Below are positions 57,138 through 64,000 of a stretch of 64,000 nucleotides of DNA, piece after piece. Within the stretch, counting starts at the first letter, position 1; the number at the start of each line of letters is the position of its first letter. The position numbers were made by a program, and so were the translations under genes. This DNA is from a candidate division WS1 bacterium (GTDB taxonomy: Bacteria; Armatimonadota; Zipacnadia; Zipacnadales; UBA11051): contig JAAYSP010000014.1 of the NCBI GenBank assembly GCA_012518355.1, positions 5,569-69,568 on the forward strand. Reading direction: 5' to 3'. The notes beneath the pieces were generated by a model. The model was not told where the DNA came from. It made no database searches and worked only from the letters and a program-made list of their open reading frames with translations.

Positions 57138-59615
57138 CTAGTTTGGTACAGTCACTGGTTCTTCTCGTATTTCTACGGTAATTTCACCATCAGGTGTTGC
57201 ATCCACCTGCATCACAGCATCCTGGTATTCCTCGTCTTCTTCCAGGAGACGATGAGCCACCGGGTCCTCCACCAATTCGCGCACTGCTCTGCGTAGAGGT
57301 CGAGCACCCATGCCTGGATCGTACCCTTTTTCGCAAAGCTGCTTGCGCAGTGCTGGTGTAATCTCCAGGCGTAAGCCCTTGGTGGCCAGTTGCTCACGCG
57401 CGTTTCGCAGTTCCAGGTCCACAATTGCTTCGATTTCATTTGGTGTTAGTGCATGGAACACCACCACGTCGTCTACCCGGTTCAGAAACTCGGGGCTGAA
57501 GGTCTTGCGCAACTCTTCGGTGACCTTAGTCTTCATGCGTGTATAGTCGCGCTGCCGATCCTGAGCCAGGCGAGTGCTCTCTTCCGTGCTGAAACCCAGA
57601 GGGCGGTCGGTAGCGATGGTCCGCGCTCCGACGTTCGAGGTCATGATGACCACTACGTTCTTGAAGTCCACCGTACGCCCCTGGGCGTCAGTGAGGCGTC
57701 CATCTTCCATGATCTGCAGAAGGATGTTGAACACCTCAGGATGAGCCTTCTCGATCTCATCAAACAGCACCACTGAGTACGGCCGGCGGCGTACCGCCTC
57801 CGACAACTGCCCACTCTCCTCATAACCTACATACCCGGGGGGCGCACCAACCAGTCGCGATACAGCGAATTTTTCCATGTATTCCGACATGTCGATCCGG
57901 ATGAGTGCGTCTTGGTCGGCAAATAGGAACTTGGCCAGCGTCTGGGCTAGAAGTGTCTTGCCCACACCGGTTGGGCCAAGGAAGATGAACGAACCTGTCG
58001 GCCGTCTCGGGTCCTTTACGCCTGCGCGTGCGCGACGTATGGCCTTTGCTACCGTGCGCACCGCTTCCTCCTGGCCTATGACATCCTCGTGCAACTCCTC
58101 CTCCATCCGGAGCAAGCGTTTGGTCTCCTTCTGTGACAGCGCGCTCACGGGGATGTTTGTCCACATAGCGACAACATCCGCCACATCGCTGGCCAGCACC
58201 ATCGGCTCTTCGGCCTCTTCCCACTGCTCCTGCAACTGGGCAATCTCGGCCTCGATTTGCCGCCGACGACTCTCTACGCGCCGTGCTTCGTCCAGATCGT
58301 ATGTGTCCGGCGACAGCGCCGTTTCCATACTACGTTCCAGACTGGCCTGCTCCTCGGTGAGTTCGGTCATCTCGGGTTGACGATTGTAGTGGCGTAGTTT
58401 GACCCGCGAAGCGGCCTCATCTATCACATCAATGGATTTGTCGGGAAGTGCTCGGTCGCTGATGTATCGGGTAGCCAGATCCACTGCTGCCTGCAACGCT
58501 TCGTCGGTGATACGCACTTCGTGGAATTCCTCATAACGATCGCGTATTCCACGTAGTACCTCCATAGTCTGCTCGACGTTGGGCTCGTCCACCGTGATCG
58601 CCTGGAAGCGCCGTTCGAGTGAGGGCGTCTTCTCGATGTACTTGCGATACTCATCCAGCGTGGAGGCACCTATACATTGCAGCTCTCCTCGCGCCAGTCC
58701 AGGCTTGAGTATATTCGAAGCGTCCATGGCTCCTTCGGCCGCACCAGTGCCGACGATGGTGTGAAGCTCATCCAGAAACACGATGATCTTGCCTTCGCTG
58801 TTCCTGACCTCCTCCAGGACGCGCTTCATGCGATCCTCAAATTCACCCCGATACTTGGTGCCAGCCACCAGACCGGCCAGGTCCAAAGCAACTACCCGTT
58901 TGTCACGAAGCAGTGGTGGCACTTCGCCGCTGATGATTTTCTGGGCCAGGCCCTCCACAATTGCGGTTTTGCCCACACCTGCCTGGCCAATAAGACAGGG
59001 ATTGTTCTTGGTTCGCCGACACAGTATCTGAATAAGTCGCTCGGTCTCTCTATCGCGGCCCACTGTTGGGTCCAGTTTGCTGTCACGCGCTAGTTGCGTC
59101 AAATCGCGGCTGAAGTAGTCCAGAGTAGGCGTCTCACTCTCGGGCTCACTGTCTTCCTGGCGATGCTCCTCACCACGGCCGGAGATCTCGCGAAGAGCAT
59201 GACGTACCATGGGGAGGTCGGCCCCGTGTCGACGCAGCAGCTTGTAGGCAGCTCCGCGTCCCTCACGAAGCAAACCGATGAGGATGTGCTCGGTCCCGAT
59301 GTGGTAGTCGCTCAGCTGTCGTGCCTCGGCATAGGCGCGCTGTATGACGCGCTGGGCTTCAGGGGTGAACGATACGTCAGACGAGCCTTCGCCGGTGCTC
59401 TCTACCTGCATCTGCCTACGCAGTTCGCTGCGCAGCCGTTCAAGATCCACACCCAGACTCTCGAGTATCTCGGCGGCAATGCCTTCACGCAACCGCATCA
59501 ATCCAAGCAGCAGATGCTCCGTGGATATCAGTTGCATACCCATGCGTTGCGCTTCATCGTGGGCCATGAGTACGGCCCGGCGTGCCCGACTTGTAAAACG
59601 TTGCCATAATTCCAT
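57138..59615 (-). CDS. clpC: ATP-dependent Clp protease ATP-binding subunit ClpC
   Basis: 825 aa. Two Clp-N repeats, two AAA+ modules ([16 protein letters not shown]), UVR-like linker. Confidence 0.9.
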   Translation of the reverse strand: MELWQRFTSRARRAVLMAHDEAQRMGMQLISTEHLLLGLMRLREGIAAEILESLGVDLERLRSELRRQMQVESTGEGSSDVSFTPEAQRVIQRAYAEARQLSDYHIGTEHILIGLLREGRGAAYKLLRRHGADLPMVRHALREISGRGEEHRQEDSEPESETPTLDYFSRDLTQLARDSKLDPTVGRDRETERLIQILCRRTKNNPCLIGQAGVGKTAIVEGLAQKIISGEVPPLLRDKRVVALDLAGLVAGTKYRGEFEDRMKRVLEEVRNSEGKIIVFLDELHTIVGTGAAEGAMDASNILKPGLARGELQCIGASTLDEYRKYIEKTPSLERRFQAITVDEPNVEQTMEVLRGIRDRYEEFHEVRITDEALQAAVDLATRYISDRALPDKSIDVIDEAASRVKLRHYNRQPEMTELTEEQASLERSMETALSPDTYDLDEARRVESRRRQIEAEIAQLQEQWEEAEEPMVLASDVADVVAMWTNIPVSALSQKETKRLLRMEEELHEDVIGQEEAVRTVAKAIRRARAGVKDPRRPTGSFIFLGPTGVGKTLLAQTLAKFLFADQDALIRIDMSEYMEKFAVSRLVGAPPGYVGYEESGQLSEAVRRRPYSVVLFDEIEKAHPEVFNILLQIMEDGRLTDAQGRTVDFKNVVVIMTSNVGARTIATDRPLGFSTEESTRLAQDRQRDYTRMKTKVTEELRKTFSPEFLNRVDDVVVFHALTPNEIEAIVDLELRNAREQLATKGLRLEITPALRKQLCEKGYDPGMGARPLRRAVRELVEDPVAHRLLEEDEEYQDAVMQVDATPDGEITVEIREEPVTVPN

Positions 59616-60433
59616 AGAGACGATTGCCTCCTGATGATCCCTCTGTCACGGCTTGTGTGTCTTGCTCTTACCCAGCCCTCAAACGCAATCTTAAGGCGTT
59701 ACCTGGTCGGAGTGCTCGCAGCGTTGCCCAAATGCTTTTACAGCTCTCTTGTGCCGCAGAGCAAGCTATAGCGGCTCAATATTTTTCTCAAAGCATGCCA
59801 GTTACCGATACTTGGTGCTACTAAGCATGTCACTGCCCATCTGTCTGTGCTCTCGGCAAGCGCGCTGCCAGTTTGCTGGCATTAGGTGTGACTGACACTT
59901 CCCGCTGCGTTGGTAGCCTGCCGGATTATGCGTCGGCTGAACAAGGCTGAATGAACAGTGTCTGGCTCGAAAAGTTCCCAAGGTCGCCTCGAGAACTCGA
60001 AGTATTTTCGCGACCGGCTCACATATTCTCGGTACTCTCAACAGCTTATGCTCGGGTCCAATCGCGGTAGAAGCGACCAGAATTCATGTGCTGACGCGGG
60101 CTACCTCTCGCCGTACGTCTTCGGCCTGCCAGGCGACCACAGCCTCGCGGGCGCCTATCTTTGCCAACTACACTGTCTATACCAATTCGAGGGTAACTGC
60201 CTGAAGTCAAAGTCCGCTGGTGACAGTGACTGCCGCGAGGCCGTTGAAGTACATACGCATATCAGGCCTGCTGCGACGCCAGCCTGCACTTGCATGGCAC
60301 CCGGTGATACTTCAAGGCCAGGCTGTTGGTACGACGCCTTACGCGCCTGTGTAGATAGGGCGGCTCAAGTTGCTACTATCAATAACGCATTGCTGGCCGC
60401 TGTAGTTCCCACACAGCAATAGCAGTCACGACC

Positions 60434-61345
60434 TCACGGGTATATCGGCATACCTACTGTCTGTGTTAACTCGGCAAACAGTTCTCGAAGGCGGCCTGTT
60501 ATTGGCCCCGGGGTACCGTCTCCGATGCTGCGGCCATCCACTGTGACTACCGGAATCAGTTCTGCGGCGGTGCCAGTGAGGAAGCACTCGTCAGCGCAAT
60601 AAACCTCTTTGACACGGAAAAGCTCTTCTTTGGTACAGATGCCTTCGTTTTCCGCAAGCTCGATGACCGCCCGTCGGGTAACGCCCGCCAGATTGCCGAC
60701 ATGCAGCGGAGGTGTATACATGCAACCGTCATGCACCAGAAAAATGTTATCCCCTGTGCATTCTGCAACATAGCCCTCAGTCGAAAGCATGATCCCCTCT
60801 GGCACTCCAGCTCGGATGGTCTCGATCTTAGCAAGTATGTTGTTCAAGTAATTCAACGACTTGATGCCCGCATCCAGAGCTGTGGGGTCATTGCGGCGAG
60901 TAGTGCACGTAATCAACTCCAGGCCCTGCGTATAATAATGTTCGGGATATAACGCGATGGAGGCAGCGATTATGATGACGCTGGCCTTGGGACATTTGCG
61001 CGGATCCAACCCCAGATCGCCCACTCCTCGGGTCACTATCAGACGGATATAGGCGTCCTGGAACTGATTTGCCCGAAGTGTCTCCAGCACGGCCTCTGTC
61101 ATCGCATCCACGTCCAGCGGAATCTGCAACTGGAGCGCTCGCGCGCCATCGTACAGCCTTTCCAGGTGTTCTTGTAGGAGGAATACTCGCCCGTTGTAAG
61201 CCCGAATGCCCTCAAACAGACCATCACCATAGAGCAGGCCGTGGTCGAATACGGATATCTTCGCCTGTTCTTGCGGAACCAATTCTCCGTCCAGATAAAT
61301 CAGTAGCCCCATACGATTGTCTCCTCCGAAAATCCTGCAGAGCAT
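60434..61345 (-). CDS. ilvE: Branched-chain amino acid aminotransferase (class IV PLP enzyme)
   Basis: 303 aa. DHGLLYGDGLFEGIRAY, LTGTAAELIPV motifs, close to IlvE. Confidence 0.8.
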   Translation of the reverse strand: MLCRIFGGDNRMGLLIYLDGELVPQEQAKISVFDHGLLYGDGLFEGIRAYNGRVFLLQEHLERLYDGARALQLQIPLDVDAMTEAVLETLRANQFQDAYIRLIVTRGVGDLGLDPRKCPKASVIIIAASIALYPEHYYTQGLELITCTTRRNDPTALDAGIKSLNYLNNILAKIETIRAGVPEGIMLSTEGYVAECTGDNIFLVHDGCMYTPPLHVGNLAGVTRRAVIELAENEGICTKEELFRVKEVYCADECFLTGTAAELIPVVTVDGRSIGDGTPGPITGRLRELFAELTQTVGMPIYP

Positions 61346-61638
61346 GTGTTCTGAAGCGCCCCGCTTGCCGCTCGCAAAATCCTACGCTCCTGCCGCTAAC
61401 TCGTCATGACAATTATAAAGCATATGTCTCGGTTTTCAAGCGCACCATTTGCGCAACCATGGACAAGCCATATCATAGTTCGCCCGCTGTCGTCTATTTC
61501 CTCTCAAGAAGGTGTCATCGCGAGTTATTGCGAAATCACGTATGGCAGCTAACGGGTTGTATGCATACTACATCACCATGATACCGCAACAGGCCTTCAG
61601 TTCAATGACACATCATCAAGCAAAGCAGGTGAAACATA

Positions 61639-62751
61639 GTGGACAAACTGGGATATGGTGTGATTGGCTTAGGTCGGGTCAGTAGCCGTCATCTCGACGC
61701 AGCCGAGCAAAATGACGGCGCGCGATTAGTAGCAGTCGCTGACGCAAATTTCGAAAAGGCACAACAAATAGCCGCAGAGCGCGAAACACGACCTACGGCC
61801 TATCAAGACTATCACGATCTGCTTGCCGACGAAGCAGTGGATGTCGTGGCGGTCTGCGTTCCCACACACATGCACGCAGAGGTTACCATCGCTGCTGCTC
61901 AGGCTGGCAAGCACGTGTTCTGTGAGAAGGCGATGGCTCCGACAATCAAGGAATGTCGTGCCATGATAGCGGCCACCGATGACGCCGGTGTGAAGTTGAT
62001 GATCGGGCAGAGCACCCGTTTCACCCCACCGTACGCCCAGGCAAGACGTATCATCGAAGCCGGACAGATCGGCGATGTGATAGCAATCGATGGTGCGTTT
62101 CCCTCAACTGCCACCCGACCCGAGGATGTACCCCAGGATTTCTGGCGCTTCAAGGCCGGTGCTCAAGGGCATGGAGCAGTAGTAAACTTCGGTTGTCACT
62201 ACATGGACACCGCCCGCTATCTGTGTGCAGACGATCCCAAGCAGGTGTCAGCCTACATAGCCAATCGTTTCAGCGTCGGACAGATACCCGAAGACCAGTG
62301 GGTCATAACCTCCATTTGCGAAGGCGTGAGTGGACGGGGGGGCGCAGGTGAAATCATCATCACTATCGGGCAGTATTCCTGGCTCAATCGCATAGTCGTC
62401 CCCAACGGTGGCCTGGCGGTCTACGGAACCGAGGGGCTGCTGCTGGCTTATGGCCACGGTGGGGTTCTCACTCTTACCAGGGCACCAGGGCAGACCGAGG
62501 AAATCTCGATAGACGAAGACCTGTTGGCCGAGGAGACCTGGAGACGGATGCACCGGGGCTTCCGGCAGTGCATCGAAGATGACACAACTCCGCCTGTCAC
62601 CGGCTATGACGGCATGATCAACGTCGAGTGGGCGATGGCGGCCTATCTGTCACACGAACGACGCGCCTGGATGGACCTCCCGCTGGGGCCCGAGTTCTGC
62701 GAGTATGGCGGTCCCCGACTGTATGAAGAGGTGCCTACAGGGGTCTCATAG
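61639..62751 (+). CDS. Gfo/Idh/MocA-family oxidoreductase
   Basis: Rossmann GYGVIGLGRVSSRH, CEKAMA. Confidence 0.7.
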   Translation: MDKLGYGVIGLGRVSSRHLDAAEQNDGARLVAVADANFEKAQQIAAERETRPTAYQDYHDLLADEAVDVVAVCVPTHMHAEVTIAAAQAGKHVFCEKAMAPTIKECRAMIAATDDAGVKLMIGQSTRFTPPYAQARRIIEAGQIGDVIAIDGAFPSTATRPEDVPQDFWRFKAGAQGHGAVVNFGCHYMDTARYLCADDPKQVSAYIANRFSVGQIPEDQWVITSICEGVSGRGGAGEIIITIGQYSWLNRIVVPNGGLAVYGTEGLLLAYGHGGVLTLTRAPGQTEEISIDEDLLAEETWRRMHRGFRQCIEDDTTPPVTGYDGMINVEWAMAAYLSHERRAWMDLPLGPEFCEYGGPRLYEEVPTGVS

Positions 62752-62831
62752 AACAGCCATCCTCGTGACCGCGACCATCGAGACGTATGGACCTAATGCC
62801 ACACCACGAATGTCTCATGAGGTGAGCAACG

Positions 62832-63926
62832 TTGAATACGCTCGGATATGGCGTGCTCGGCTGTGGCGCAGTCAGCAGGCGCCATATGGATATCATCGAG
62901 ACCAGCCCGGGCATGAGGCTGGCCGCGATCGCTGACCGGCAAATCGAGCACGCCTGCGAGATGTCCAGCCGATACCAATCACGCCCAACAGTCTACCAGG
63001 ACTACCATGCTCTCCTGGAAGACCCGGGCGTTGATGTGGTGGTCATCTGCTTGCCATCACAGTTCCACGCAGAGGCTGCTATTGCTGCTGCGGAGGCCGA
63101 AAAGCACATCTACTGTGAGAAGATCATGGCCACCACGGTAAGTGAGGCTCAAGCCATGATCCGGGCCGCCCACGCTGCCGGGGTCAAGCTGATGATCGGC
63201 CACCACACTCGCTGGTGCGCTCCGTTTGCCCAGGCCAGGCGCATCATCGAATCGGGGCGGATTGGCGAGATCGTAGCCATAGACGGCGCCTTTGCCAGCC
63301 AGGCATTTTTGCCTGACACCGTCCGTCCCACTTTCTGGGGCATCAAGGCCGGAGCGCGCGGCCATGGCAAGATCATGAACTTCGGCACACACTATGCGGA
63401 TACTGCCGCGTTTCTCGCCGGTGAGCAGTTCGCCCGCATAAATGCCTTCATCACCAATCGTTTTAGCAGCGGTCAGGCGCCGGAAGACCAGTATGTCGTA
63501 ACTGCAGTCTGCCAGTCAGAAGCTATAGTCACCATCGCGCAGTACAGTCAACTGCACTCCATCGCAGAGCGTACCCGAGGCTTTGTGGTGTACGGTACCG
63601 AAGGCACCCTCGAGACTTACTATCAACCCAACTCTGTTGCCCTGAAGGTTGCCGGTGATGACATGTACCGGCCCATACCACTCGAGGACGACCTGTCACA
63701 CATAGACCCCTGGTTGCGTCTGCATACACAATTGCGCCAGTGTATAGAAGATGACACCGAGCCACTGGTGACCGGTGCCGACGGGATGAGGGCACTGCAG
63801 TGGGCCGTGGCCGCATACCTATCTGCGGAAAGTGAGCAGTGGGTGGACTTGCCTCTGGGGGAGCAATGGTGGGACTATTCAGGCCCCGTTCTCCACGAGA
63901 GCCTGCCTCAGGCACAAAAATGGTAG
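62832..63926 (+). CDS. Gfo/Idh/MocA-family oxidoreductase (tandem paralog of 61639-62751)
   Basis: GYGVLGCGAVSRRH, CEKIMA. Alignable with the upstream gene along the whole length. Confidence 0.7.
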   Translation: MNTLGYGVLGCGAVSRRHMDIIETSPGMRLAAIADRQIEHACEMSSRYQSRPTVYQDYHALLEDPGVDVVVICLPSQFHAEAAIAAAEAEKHIYCEKIMATTVSEAQAMIRAAHAAGVKLMIGHHTRWCAPFAQARRIIESGRIGEIVAIDGAFASQAFLPDTVRPTFWGIKAGARGHGKIMNFGTHYADTAAFLAGEQFARINAFITNRFSSGQAPEDQYVVTAVCQSEAIVTIAQYSQLHSIAERTRGFVVYGTEGTLETYYQPNSVALKVAGDDMYRPIPLEDDLSHIDPWLRLHTQLRQCIEDDTEPLVTGADGMRALQWAVAAYLSAESEQWVDLPLGEQWWDYSGPVLHESLPQAQKW

Positions 63927-64000
63927 CCTGTATTTTGTCATTGCTTTACGGCACCGAGACCCACATCTCGAGCATATGCCGGTAGTCTGGGAAGTCTCGG

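Noticed and set aside
59700-59730. CIRCE-like (HrcA operator) half-site GAGTGCTCG upstream of clpC
   Set aside because: Only one degenerate half is present. No matching TTAGCACTC partner at a 9-bp spacing.
59958-60422. 154-aa ORF upstream of clpC
   Set aside because: Cys/Arg-rich composition, no recognisable domain, no SD. It is kept only as part of the long non-coding interval finding.
1-63990. tRNA, rRNA, CRISPR arrays, transposases, integrases, prophage genes
   Set aside because: Scanned for T-loop GGTTCGA/GTTCAAATC-type motifs, regular short direct repeats and recombinase-like ORFs. None were found.

Overview
This is a visibly GC-rich bacterial chromosomal window. tRNA, rRNA, CRISPR arrays, transposases and integrases were looked for and none were found. 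Reading by eye from the six-frame track, it contains five blocks.

(1) Positions 1-9955, minus strand: a partial EamA-transporter/HAMP-sensor fusion gene, then a complete 8-gene Bat (Bacteroides aerotolerance) operon in the order moxR, DUF58, membrane protein, batA, batB, batC, batD, batE.

(2) Positions 9946-15134: an EamA permease, an M42 aminopeptidase, a Wzx/MurJ-type flippase and a TPR-like hypothetical protein.

(3) Positions 15078-29088, plus strand: two conserved translation and RNA-maturation arrays. The first is rimP-nusA-infB-DUF503-rbfA-nrnA-truB-ribF. The second is ffh-rpsP-KH-ylqD-like-rimM-trmD-rplS-lepB-rnhB. Both have canonical sigma70-like promoters. A diverged ~158-bp tandem duplication sits at the truB/ribF junction.

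(4) Positions 29144-44171: a carbohydrate-active accessory cluster. It holds a DUF1559 prepilin-like protein, a secreted SagB-type dehydrogenase, Gfo/Idh/MocA oxidoreductases, an SGNH esterase, a GH36-like hydrolase, two tandem BNR-repeat paralogs, a PL8-like lyase, a DUF1080 3-keto-disaccharide-hydrolase-like protein and a PL22-like beta-propeller.

(5) Positions 44240-55822, minus strand: the most unusual block, a compact flagellar-type type III secretion core. Gene order is fliF/sctJ-like (305 aa), fliH, fliI, fliJ, fliM/sctQ-like, fliN, fliO, fliP, then an inserted opposite-strand lipoprotein gene, then fliQ, fliR, flhB, flhA, fliA. The window shows no fliG, rod, hook, filament or motor genes. 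FlhB ends before the NPTH autocleavage domain, and the FliF-like protein has a single ring-building motif plus a FliG-N-like tail.

The window ends with a phosphodiester glycosidase, clpC, ilvE and two tandem Gfo/Idh/MocA paralogs. All functional calls rest on motif recognition by eye; no database search was possible.
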